Shown here one piece after another: positions 39,254 through 47,541 of a DNA stretch of 64,000 bases. This DNA comes from Candidatus Woesearchaeota archaeon (GTDB lineage Archaea; Nanobdellota; Nanobdellia; Woesearchaeales; BS150m-G63): the NCBI GenBank assembly GCA_016784165.1, contig JADHVD010000002.1:6045-70044 (forward strand). Reading direction: 5' to 3'. The notes beneath the pieces were generated by a model. That model saw only the letters and a list, made by a program, of their open reading frames with translations, searched no databases and was not told the DNA's origin. The number at the start of each line of letters is the position of its first letter. The first letter of the stretch is position 1. Both the position numbers and the translations under genes were made by a program.

Positions 39254-40232
39254 ATTTTTTTAATATACCTAAACCTTTAAATGATAGATAAATTAATCCA
39301 ATAAAAGTTATGATAAGGTCTTTAAATCTAATCAGTAAACTTAATACAATCCCTACGCTTGCCCCCAAACCCATTAAACTAAATAAGGAAGCTTGTCCAC
39401 TTTCTAATGCTCCAAGTGCCGCTGGAACAGGGATGATGTATGCAAAACCAACTACTGCAATAATTGAAAAGATAGTAACAAGATTAACATGATACCCCAT
39501 AGTTAATAATAATAATTTATATTCTAAAAACATAACCATCCAAGTTCCTAAACTAATTAGTAATGCTAAAATTGCATCTTTTTTGTATTGTTTAAAAAAT
39601 ATTATCACTTCTTCTTCAGATTTTTTAATCTCTTTTTTATGTTTTTTAACAATTTTTAATTTATTTAGTCTTAATAATTTTAATACAGGGTCAAATAAAG
39701 GTCCACCTTTCATTATTCTTCTATAAAATAAATAAATACCAACCATCAATATTAAAGGGCCAATAATTATAATAATTTGAGTATTTTTAGATATTGCAAA
39801 ATGACTTATTAGTACAAGTGCACCCATAAAAGTAAATAATGCATTGAATACCATTTCAAAAGATTTATCTAACACTACTGAGGAAGCTGCTAAATGTGGT
39901 TTAACCCCACTTTTAATAAGGAGATAACTACTAGCGATCCCTCCACCCATAAAAGCCATAGGGGTTAAGAAACTAATAGATACTTCAGTTAGTTTACATA
40001 AAAAAAGCTTAAAAAAACCAACATCTTTATTTTTTGTTTTAAGTATAACTACCCATTTAAGAGTTCTTCCAATTAGTATTAAAAGAGATGCTAAAAAAAA
40101 TAATCCCAGATATTTTATAGATATTTTTGAAAATACATTTAGTATATTTTCCAACCCACTTCCAAAAAATGCAACTAAGAATAATGAAATTCCTACAATA
40201 AATGACACTACTAAAAATATTTTCTTTTTCAT
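39246..40232 (-). CDS. Polytopic membrane protein (UPF0104 / MprF-TM 'flippase-like' family)
   Basis: ~8 predicted TM helices, convergent and overlapping with the GT2 gene; family assignment tentative. Confidence 0.45.
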   Translation of the reverse strand: MKKKIFLVVSFIVGISLFLVAFFGSGLENILNVFSKISIKYLGLFFLASLLILIGRTLKWVVILKTKNKDVGFFKLFLCKLTEVSISFLTPMAFMGGGIASSYLLIKSGVKPHLAASSVVLDKSFEMVFNALFTFMGALVLISHFAISKNTQIIIIIGPLILMVGIYLFYRRIMKGGPLFDPVLKLLRLNKLKIVKKHKKEIKKSEEEVIIFFKQYKKDAILALLISLGTWMVMFLEYKLLLLTMGYHVNLVTIFSIIAVVGFAYIIPVPAALGALESGQASLFSLMGLGASVGIVLSLLIRFKDLIITFIGLIYLSFKGLGILKKSI

Positions 40233-40248
40233 TTTATATAAGTATAAA

Positions 40249-40393
40249 CGAGCCTGAGGGGATTTGAACCCCCGACCTAATGCTTACTTCTTAATAACGA
40301 AGTTCTTAAAGTTTTAAGAAACTCCGTTTCTTATTAGGAGGCATTCGCGCTATTTATCCAAAGCTTTGCTTTTCCAGACTGCGCCACAGGCTC
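40249..40393 (-). tRNA. tRNA-Arg (anticodon CCU) with two introns: canonical 50-nt intron at 37/38 and a noncanonical ~22-nt intron in the D-loop
   Basis: Minus strand GAGCCUG-UG-GCGC-AGUCUGGA-[AAAGCAAAGCUUUGGAUAAAUA]-GCGC-G-AAUGC-CUCCUA-[50 nt]-A-GCAUU-AGGUC-GGGGG/UUCAAAU/CCCCU-CAGGCUC-G; exons total 73 nt with all stems Watson-Crick or GU; both inserts form local hairpins. Confidence 0.65.
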
Positions 40394-40447
40394 ATAATCC
40401 TTAATTATAAGGTAAGCTTTTTATAACTTTTTCTTTTTCTATGCTAT

Positions 40448-41434
40448 ATGTATAAAATAAAACAGATTCCAGAAGATTTTGTTGTAAATGAAGAATTAAA
40501 ATTAAAATTCAGCAAAGGAAATTATTATTACTTTTCACTTAAGAAAATTAATTTAACAACAGAACAATCAATTGAAAAAATAGCAAAAATTCTAAATTTA
40601 CCAAGAAAGAATATTGGTTGTGCAGGAAATAAAGACAAAAAGGCAGTAACCACGCAGACCATTTCTATAAATTCATCAAAACAACTTGAAAAATTTAAAT
40701 TAGTTAAACCAGACTTACAATTAAGTTATATTGGTAAAGGTGATTTGCCAATAAGTCTTGGGGATTTAACAAAAAATCATTTTGAAATTATAGTTAGGGG
40801 AATAATAAAAAAACCAAACCCAATTAGTGGAATTCCCAATTATTTTGATGAACAAAGGTTTAGTAAAAATAATGCAAAAATTGGTAGGCTAATTGTTAAA
40901 AAAGAATTTGCAACTGCAAAAAAACTTTTGGAACAAAATAACCATCATAACTTTGAAGAACATTTAACTAAAAATCCTACAGATTACGTTGGGGCCATGA
41001 GGAAAATATCTAAAAAAATTCTTATGCTTTATATTCACTCTTACCAAAGTTTATTATTTAATGAGATGTTAAATGATTATATAAAATATCACAAACATAA
41101 AACAATTAACACTAATTTTGGTGAACTATCATTTCCTTTAGAAAAGATAAAACAATCCAAATTTCCCTTAATTGGTTTTATGACTAAAGAAAATAAAATA
41201 GTTAAAGATATTTTAAAAAAGGAGAATTTAATTCTTAGAGATTTTATAATAAGACAACTCCCTAATTTAAGCCAAGAAGGGCAAATTAGGGAATGTTTTG
41301 TTGATTTGACCAATTTAAAGATTTCTAATCTACAACAAGATGAATTAAACAAAGGAAAAAAGAAAATAAAATTAACATTTAGTCTCCCAAAAGGAAGTTA
41401 TGCAACAATGGTTATAAAATCCTTATTCCTCTAA
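40448..41434 (+). CDS. truD: tRNA pseudouridine(13) synthase TruD
   Basis: KQIPEDFVVNEEL N-terminus and GCAGNKDKKAVTTQ (TruD GxKDxxA catalytic Asp motif). Confidence 0.7.
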   Translation: MYKIKQIPEDFVVNEELKLKFSKGNYYYFSLKKINLTTEQSIEKIAKILNLPRKNIGCAGNKDKKAVTTQTISINSSKQLEKFKLVKPDLQLSYIGKGDLPISLGDLTKNHFEIIVRGIIKKPNPISGIPNYFDEQRFSKNNAKIGRLIVKKEFATAKKLLEQNNHHNFEEHLTKNPTDYVGAMRKISKKILMLYIHSYQSLLFNEMLNDYIKYHKHKTINTNFGELSFPLEKIKQSKFPLIGFMTKENKIVKDILKKENLILRDFIIRQLPNLSQEGQIRECFVDLTNLKISNLQQDELNKGKKKIKLTFSLPKGSYATMVIKSLFL

Positions 41435-42052
41435 TGCTTTTTCAACATTTGGAAATGCTTCTTCTAATTGAGGATTTGCATCAATTGTTTTTAATATATT
41501 TTTGTTTTCGTAAAATTCAATTAAAGGAGAAGTTTGTTCATGAAATACATTCAATCTATTTTTGATTGTTTCTGTATTATCATCATCTCTTTTGAATAAT
41601 TCTCCTCCACAAGCATCACATACTCCATCTACTTTTGGAACCATATTGATAATATGGAATATTTTTCCGCATTTTTTACAGGTTCTTCTTCCGCCGAGTC
41701 TTTGTATCACTGTTTCTTCTGTACAATCAAGCAATAAAACTTTGTCAATTTCAGTTATATTTTCTAATGCTTCGGCTTGAGTGATTGTTCTTGGAAAACC
41801 GTCTAGAATATATCCTTCTTCACAATCTTCTTTTTTTAATCTATCTTTAAGTAATTCAATAACTAATTCATCTGGAACCAAGTTTCCCTTATCTGCATAT
41901 TCTTTAAATTTTAATCCCAATTCACTGCCTTGTTTTATGTTTTCTCTGATAATATCACCCATACTTATTTGAGGGATATTATATTTTTTAGAAATCAGCT
42001 TAGCGTGACTTCCTTTTCCAGCTCCAGGAGCACCCAATAATATTAATTTCAT
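41423..42052 (-). CDS. adk: Adenylate kinase (long bacterial-type with Zn-binding LID, CxxC...CxxC)
   Basis: MKLILLGAPGAGKGSHAK (P-loop), ...GGRRTCKKCGKIFHI...VDGVCDACGGEL zinc lid; start set to MKLILLG at 42052 (GAGG SD upstream); the 42-aa N-terminal extension in the track ORF overlaps tRNA-Thr. Confidence 0.85.
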   Translation of the reverse strand: MKLILLGAPGAGKGSHAKLISKKYNIPQISMGDIIRENIKQGSELGLKFKEYADKGNLVPDELVIELLKDRLKKEDCEEGYILDGFPRTITQAEALENITEIDKVLLLDCTEETVIQRLGGRRTCKKCGKIFHIINMVPKVDGVCDACGGELFKRDDDNTETIKNRLNVFHEQTSPLIEFYENKNILKTIDANPQLEEAFPNVEKALEE

Positions 42053-42107
42053 GTTGTATCCTCTTTGATTGTTTTCTTTTCTTAAAAAAGAAAAGTGTTT
42101 GAAAGTA

Positions 42108-42203
42108 AGCCTCGGGAGGGATTTGCACCCACGACCTTGGGATCTCTTTATTTTCTTGTGAAAATTTACAAGTCCCACGCTCTGCTGACTGAGCTACCGA
42201 GGC
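42108..42203 (-). tRNA. tRNA-Thr (anticodon UGU) with a ~22-nt intron at 37/38
   Basis: Minus strand GCCUCGG-UA-GCUC-AGUCAGCA-GAGC-G-UGGGA-CUUGUA-[AUUUUCACAAGAAAAUAAAGAG]-A-UCCCA-AGGUC-GUGGG/UGCAAAU/CCCUC-CCGAGGC-U; one U.U mismatch in the T-stem and an unusual T-loop G55. Confidence 0.65.
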
Positions 42204-42264
42204 ATGAAGTCAAAGAAAAATAGGCGATTTATAAACATTTCTAAAATTTAATGTTGTAGGTTCA

Positions 42265-42768
42265 TTATTTGTACCTATATAAATTTAAAAAAGATTTAAT
42301 ATTATCGTGCAAATCATTAACGTCTTTAATTAAATTAGTTTTCCAAGTATCCACATACCTCTTATAGAAGAATTTATCAAATAATGCCCTTATAAAAATA
42401 AACATTGGTTTCTGTTCCCATCTTTGCTCCCAGTCTGTTGTTAAGTACCCATCAAAAACAAAATGAACCTTTCCTTTATTCATTTTTATTTTAGTTCCTT
42501 CTTTTTCAATCTCTACTTCAGTAACATCACTAAGAATCATCTTTATTTGTATTTCATTGATTACATATTCAGTTTGTTTTTTCCAAGGCATATATTCAAT
42601 TTCAATATATTTTCCTTTTGAAGTAACTTTTTCTATGGTTTTGAGCTCTCTTTTTTCATATCCTGTATTTCTAAGCCAATTATCTATTAAATTATAGAGG
42701 TCTGTAGCCTTAAACAAACCCTCATAAGTGAGCCTTACTTGCTCTATGATTAAATCCATCTCAGCCAT
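42265..42768 (-). CDS. Hypothetical protein, member of a 3-gene tandem paralog array
   Basis: C-terminal KGKVHFVFDGYLTTDWEQRWEQKPMFIFIRALFDKFFYKR aligns with the two upstream neighbours. Confidence 0.55.
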   Translation of the reverse strand: MAEMDLIIEQVRLTYEGLFKATDLYNLIDNWLRNTGYEKRELKTIEKVTSKGKYIEIEYMPWKKQTEYVINEIQIKMILSDVTEVEIEKEGTKIKMNKGKVHFVFDGYLTTDWEQRWEQKPMFIFIRALFDKFFYKRYVDTWKTNLIKDVNDLHDNIKSFLNLYRYK

Positions 42769-42822
42769 CTTAATACCACATTAGGGATAAATCCTTAAAA
42801 ACTTTGCCTTTTTTTATCTTTA

Positions 42823-43440
42823 CTACCACACATCTTCAAATGCGTTTCCTTTTCCAGTCATATCTAAATATTCTTTAATTTGTCCTTCAAACTTTTCAAT
42901 AATATAATGAAGTCTATCTGACCAAACAATATCCATTGGTTTGGAAAATATAAATCTGTCCAAAAACTTTTTTAAAGCGAGTCCAAAAGGATTATCTTGG
43001 AATCTTTTTTGATAATCTGTTTCAACCTTTCCATTAAATTCAAGAATAAACCTTCCTTTATACATTGTTTTTTTCTTTCCTTTTTCAATGATTTCTATTT
43101 TTCTAACATCAAAAGTATGCATCTCTAAAGTAATATCATATTTATAATACTCAGTTACTTTTCTCCACCCATTCCATTTAAATTCTTCTTCTACCCCAAA
43201 TATGGTTGGTACTTTATATTTATAATCTTTTTCTTCAAAAAAATAATGTCTATTTCTAAACCAATTAATTATAAAATGATATAACCCATCCCAATCAAAA
43301 ACACCATCATAAATAATCCTAGAATAAGGATGATCGCCCATCAAGTTAGAATCTCCTCCTTTTTTATATTTTGGTGGACGATTTACTTTTATTATGCCCT
43401 CTTCACTTTTAATTTTTTTGTCACCTTCTTTTTTAATCAT
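42823..43440 (-). CDS. Hypothetical protein, member of a 3-gene tandem paralog array
   Basis: KGRFILEFNGKVETDYQKRFQDNPFGLALKKFLDRFIFSK aligns with the neighbours; 205 aa. Confidence 0.55.
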   Translation of the reverse strand: MIKKEGDKKIKSEEGIIKVNRPPKYKKGGDSNLMGDHPYSRIIYDGVFDWDGLYHFIINWFRNRHYFFEEKDYKYKVPTIFGVEEEFKWNGWRKVTEYYKYDITLEMHTFDVRKIEIIEKGKKKTMYKGRFILEFNGKVETDYQKRFQDNPFGLALKKFLDRFIFSKPMDIVWSDRLHYIIEKFEGQIKEYLDMTGKGNAFEDVW

Positions 43441-43445
43441 ACTAA

Positions 43446-44048
43446 TTATTCACCTATACCTTTTCTTGGAAAGAATTCTCCTTGTGATTCTGATTCTGGT
43501 AAATCCATACGCATCTCAAGATAATCTTTTATCGCTTCTCTAAATCTGTAAGTCTCCCTATGTAATTGATCTCTTAAACTTACTATTTGTTTTTTAAATA
43601 ACCTACTTCTAAATACATCGCTAATGTGTTTTAAGAATGGGTGATTTTCCCATTCTTTTTTATAATCAGTAACAACCCAAGAATCAATAAGAATTTCAAT
43701 CTCTCCCCAATTTGTTTTAAATTTTTTCCCATCTTTCATTACTTCAACTGAACGGAGAAGAATAACATGCCCACTAATATTCATTTCCCACCTATAATAA
43801 TTACTATTTGCATAATTTGTTTTTGTGGGGGCTTTTGTTGGTCTCCACACAAACCATGCTTCTGTACCCCCTAAAGCAGATTCATTTTGCCCATTAAATA
43901 TTTCTGGAAAATCCTTATCGCTCCTAGTTGCCCATTCTTCTTGAACTAACCACTCGTGCATCAAGTAATAAAGATTTTTTAGGTGGAAATTATCTTTAAA
44001 TTTGACCCTAAACTGAGCTGCTTTCACCCTTTTTGGATACATTGCCAT
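43446..44048 (-). CDS. Hypothetical protein, member of a 3-gene tandem paralog array
   Basis: WGEIEILIDSWVVTDYKKEWENHPFLKHISDVFRSRLFKK aligns with the neighbours; 200 aa. Confidence 0.55.
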   Translation of the reverse strand: MAMYPKRVKAAQFRVKFKDNFHLKNLYYLMHEWLVQEEWATRSDKDFPEIFNGQNESALGGTEAWFVWRPTKAPTKTNYANSNYYRWEMNISGHVILLRSVEVMKDGKKFKTNWGEIEILIDSWVVTDYKKEWENHPFLKHISDVFRSRLFKKQIVSLRDQLHRETYRFREAIKDYLEMRMDLPESESQGEFFPRKGIGE

Positions 44049-44109
44049 AATACTCTTTAATCCTCAGTTTTATTTAAAAGTTTCGAATAAAATCTCAAAA
44101 TCAATTATA

Positions 44110-44149
44110 ATTCAAATCTAATCCAAATCTAATCCAAATCTAATTCAAA
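44110..44149. repeat. Tandem direct repeat (T[CT]CAAATCTAA x3.5) in the divergent promoter region between the paralog array and the Obg-like GTPase gene
   Basis: ttcaaatctaa tccaaatctaa tccaaatctaa ttcaaaac read directly. Confidence 0.5.
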
Positions 44150-44183
44150 ACTTTTTTATATCCCTATTAGATTTAACAGAATT

Positions 44184-45383
44184 ATGTTAGTCGGTATAGT
44201 GGGGAAACCAAATTGTGGAAAGTCTACTTTTTTTAAGGCATTAACTTTAGCAGATGTAGAAATAGCCAATTATCCTTTTGCAACAATAAAACCAAATCAC
44301 GGTGTTGGTTTTATTAGGGTAGAATGTGTTGATAAGGAATTCAACACTCAATGTAATCCTCGAGAAGGATTCTGTGTTAATCATATTAGGTTTGTGCCTG
44401 TTGATGTTATTGATGTAGCAGGATTGGTTCCTGGAGCACATGAAGGAAAAGGGATGGGAAATCAATTCTTAAGTGATTTAAATCAAGCAGATGCACTAGT
44501 TCACGTTATTGATTGTTCTGGAGGAACAAACGAAAAAGGAGAATCTGTTGATTCTGGCAGTCATGATCCTGCTAAAGATATTATTTTTCTTGAAACAGAA
44601 TTAGACCATTGGTATTTTGGAATATTGAAAAAGGGGTGGGAAAAGTTTGCAAGACAAGTGCAACAAGAACATAGAGAAATTGCAGTATCGTTAGCTAAAC
44701 AACTTTCAGGATTAGGGGTAGACGAAGATATGTCAAAAAAAGTAATTAATTCTGTTGGCGTAAATAAAGAAACACCCTCTTCTTGGACCGAAGAAGAATT
44801 AATGAAACTGGCTACCCAATTTAGAAAACTTACAAAACCAATAGTTATCGCAGCAAATAAAATAGATGTTCCAGGGGCAATAGAAAACCTTGAAAGATTA
44901 AAAAAAGAATTTCCAGATTATATGATTTTACCTTGTAGTGCAGAATCTGAATTAGCTTTAAAAGAAGCAGTAAAACATAAATTAATCAATTATATTCCTG
45001 GAGACAATAAATTTTCTATTATCGATAAAGGGAAAATTTCAGATAAACAAAAGACAGCATTAGATTTCATAAAATCACACCTTTTAGAAAAAATATCAAC
45101 AACAGGAGTTCAAGATGTGTTAGAGAAAGTAATATTTGAATTATTAAATTATATCGCAATATTTCCCGGCGGAACAAAAAAATTAGAGGATCAATATGGT
45201 AATGTGCTTCCAGATTGTTTTTTAATGAAAGATGGATCTACAGCATTAGATTTTGCTTACCATATTCATTCAGATCTTGGAGATAAATTTATTCGTGCAA
45301 TAGATGTTAAAACAAAAATGACTGTGGGAAAAGAACACCAACTTAAACATAGGGATGTTGTAGAAATAATAACTTCTAAATAA
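44184..45383 (+). CDS. Obg/YchF/Drg-family P-loop GTPase with C-terminal TGS domain
   Basis: VGIVGKPNCGKSTFFKALT (G1), ANYPFATIKPNHGV (YchF/Drg-like switch region), C-terminal TGS-like ...RDVVEII. Confidence 0.7.
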   Translation: MLVGIVGKPNCGKSTFFKALTLADVEIANYPFATIKPNHGVGFIRVECVDKEFNTQCNPREGFCVNHIRFVPVDVIDVAGLVPGAHEGKGMGNQFLSDLNQADALVHVIDCSGGTNEKGESVDSGSHDPAKDIIFLETELDHWYFGILKKGWEKFARQVQQEHREIAVSLAKQLSGLGVDEDMSKKVINSVGVNKETPSSWTEEELMKLATQFRKLTKPIVIAANKIDVPGAIENLERLKKEFPDYMILPCSAESELALKEAVKHKLINYIPGDNKFSIIDKGKISDKQKTALDFIKSHLLEKISTTGVQDVLEKVIFELLNYIAIFPGGTKKLEDQYGNVLPDCFLMKDGSTALDFAYHIHSDLGDKFIRAIDVKTKMTVGKEHQLKHRDVVEIITSK

Positions 45384-45404
45384 AAAGAGTGATAATAAAA
45401 ATAA

Positions 45405-45779
45405 TTATTTTTTTAGTTTTTTAAAACTTTCAGGAATATCTATAACATATTTCCCTTCTTCTAATTTAAAAATAAGAGGTTCTCCTTTAAACAATTTAAC
45501 TAAATCAAGATCATATTGCCCTGGTTTTCTTATTTTTATAGATTCTAAATCTAGCACTATTGGTTTTTCTTTAGGCATATCTCCGCCGACCATACCAATA
45601 ACATCTTTTTCTATCTCTTTTTTTTCTTTTTCAGTTAAGTTAACAGTTTCTTCTTTAACTTTTTTTAATCTATCTTTTCGTATGTAGAAAAATAATTTTG
45701 CACCACATTTACAACCTTTTAGAATTTCTTCGGCACCATCTTCATAAAATGTATTGCACCTTACACATTGATGTGGCAT
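45405..45779 (-). CDS. Zn-ribbon protein (COG3364/DUF2072-like), part of a conserved archaeal GTPase-DUF-Zn-ribbon triad
   Basis: MPHQCVRCNTFYEDG...GCKCGAKLFFY (CxxC...CxC zinc ribbon); family call from memory. Confidence 0.45.
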   Translation of the reverse strand: MPHQCVRCNTFYEDGAEEILKGCKCGAKLFFYIRKDRLKKVKEETVNLTEKEKKEIEKDVIGMVGGDMPKEKPIVLDLESIKIRKPGQYDLDLVKLFKGEPLIFKLEEGKYVIDIPESFKKLKK

Positions 45780-45785
45780 ATTAAT

Positions 45786-46232
45786 CTATTTCCTCTTTCT
45801 TTTTCTAATTACTTTTTTCTTAGATTCTTCAATCATAAATTGGAGTTTTTTAGGGTCTTTTTTGACTTTTTTAACAATATTTGCAGGTCCAACTAATGTT
45901 AAACCTTGTCTGTCACCCAATAAAGCATTTACAACAGTACTTTTTACTTTCTCAAAACCAGTCAAAGCCCCACTATTTTCCATAGGATTCATAACAGCAA
46001 GTTCTATCCCTCTAAATTCTTTATTAATCTCTTCCATAGTCACTTTGATTAATTCTGCTTCTTCTTCTTTTCTAAGTCTCCCATGTAATAACACTACTTT
46101 ATTCTCTTTTGCCATATTAAGTAATTTTCTGATTCTTCCTAAAGAACTCAATCCATCAATTTCTGAATATGGGACTATTTGTAAAGTTAACATTTTATTT
46201 AACCACCTTGAATAATGTTTCATAGAAATCAT
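45786..46232 (-). CDS. Uncharacterized conserved archaeal protein (DUF2073-like) between the Zn-ribbon and GTPase genes
   Basis: 148 aa; position in the triad; overlaps the upstream GTPase gene; no catalytic motif. Confidence 0.35.
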   Translation of the reverse strand: MISMKHYSRWLNKMLTLQIVPYSEIDGLSSLGRIRKLLNMAKENKVVLLHGRLRKEEEAELIKVTMEEINKEFRGIELAVMNPMENSGALTGFEKVKSTVVNALLGDRQGLTLVGPANIVKKVKKDPKKLQFMIEESKKKVIRKRKRK

Positions 46233-46827
46233 CTATATTATTCCCTTTTTTTGCAGAAATCCCAATAACTTCATATTGGGGGAATGCAGCTTTGACTTTC
46301 TTTAATTTAGCACGCTTTAAATCTACCTTATTTCCCACAACTAATACTGGAATATCCCTGGCAACTAAATTACCAATAATCGTGATATTTACTTGTGAAT
46401 ATGGGTCTTTTGTTGAGTCTAATACAACAACCACACTATCAACTTCATCTAACCATTTGATAGAATCTATAACTCCTTTTGTTGCATCTTTAGCTCTTTT
46501 TTTAGCTTCTTTCTCTTTAATACCTACTTTTAAGAAATCTTCATAATCAATTCTTGTTGCAATTCCAGGGGTATCTACCAAATTAAAAGATATCTCTTTA
46601 TTCCCCGATTTGATATTAACTTGTTCCTTTATTTGAATTTCTCTTGTTTCATGAGGTACATTAGAAGCAACACCCATATCTTCCCCCAACCAATCTTGAC
46701 AGATTCTATTAGCTAATGTAGTTTTACCAGCATTTGGAGGGCCATATAAGCCTAATTTGATATGTTTTTTTTTATTAAAAATATTATTGATAAACTTATT
46801 CAAAAACATCTGTAAAGCATTTAACAT
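46195..46827 (-). CDS. Small Ras-like/SRbeta-like GTPase (COG2229-like)
   Basis: GLYGPPNAGKTTLANR (G1), DTPG (G3), VVGNKVDL (G4 NKxD), ISAKKG (G5); 210 aa. Confidence 0.65.
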   Translation of the reverse strand: MLNALQMFLNKFINNIFNKKKHIKLGLYGPPNAGKTTLANRICQDWLGEDMGVASNVPHETREIQIKEQVNIKSGNKEISFNLVDTPGIATRIDYEDFLKVGIKEKEAKKRAKDATKGVIDSIKWLDEVDSVVVVLDSTKDPYSQVNITIIGNLVARDIPVLVVGNKVDLKRAKLKKVKAAFPQYEVIGISAKKGNNIDDFYETLFKVVK

Positions 46828-46974
46828 ATTATTTCCACCACATAATTTTTATATTAAAAATAAATTACTTTTCGTTTATATATTTTTCTATAAATCAATA
46901 CACCTATTAGATTAACATCAGGTAATCTTAGATTAACAGAAAAACTTAAATAATATTTACCTTTAATAAATAAT

Positions 46975-47541
46975 ATGGAAAGTCTTTCTAAAGATGTGAA
47001 TGTAGATGTTCTTCAAAAAATAAAGAAAGGAATTCTTACTGGAAATGTCAACAATCTTAAAAAAATAACCCAAACCGCGTTAAATAATGCAAGCATATTT
47101 CAGGACGAAACCTCTATCTCAATTGCAATAATTAGTTATGCAATTTATAAATTAATTGAGAGAAAACGTTTTGTAGAAATAGAAATACCTATTAGCATTT
47201 ACAGAGACATCATTAAAAGTTTAGAAAATTCTTCATTATCTATATCTAATAATAATCAAAAAAGATTAAAACAAAATCTCAGGGTGTTATTTGAAAGCAT
47301 AAATAAATTAGATGGCAGATTGCCAATTTATATTGGAGAAATCTTAGAAAAAGCAAAAGTAAAAAAAGCATACATGATACACGAAAAAGGGATCTCTTTA
47401 GCAAGAGCTGCAGAATTGATGGGAACTTCTCAATGGGAATTAATGCATTATATTGGAAAAACTCGAATTAGTGAACACATATCTAAAAAAATAGATGTAA
47501 AAACAAGATTAAATTTTACAAGAGGGCTTTTTGGATTATAA
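46975..47541 (+). CDS. Hypothetical protein with C-terminal helix-turn-helix
   Basis: ...GISLARAAELMGTSQWELMHYIGK HTH-like segment near the C-terminus; 188 aa. Confidence 0.4.
   Translation: MESLSKDVNVDVLQKIKKGILTGNVNNLKKITQTALNNASIFQDETSISIAIISYAIYKLIERKRFVEIEIPISIYRDIIKSLENSSLSISNNNQKRLKQNLRVLFESINKLDGRLPIYIGEILEKAKVKKAYMIHEKGISLARAAELMGTSQWELMHYIGKTRISEHISKKIDVKTRLNFTRGLFGL

Noticed and set aside
42053-42178. N-terminal 42 aa of the track's adk ORF
   Set aside because: Overlaps the tRNA-Thr gene; a conserved Adk P-loop start (MKLILLGAPGAGKG) with an SD lies at 42052.
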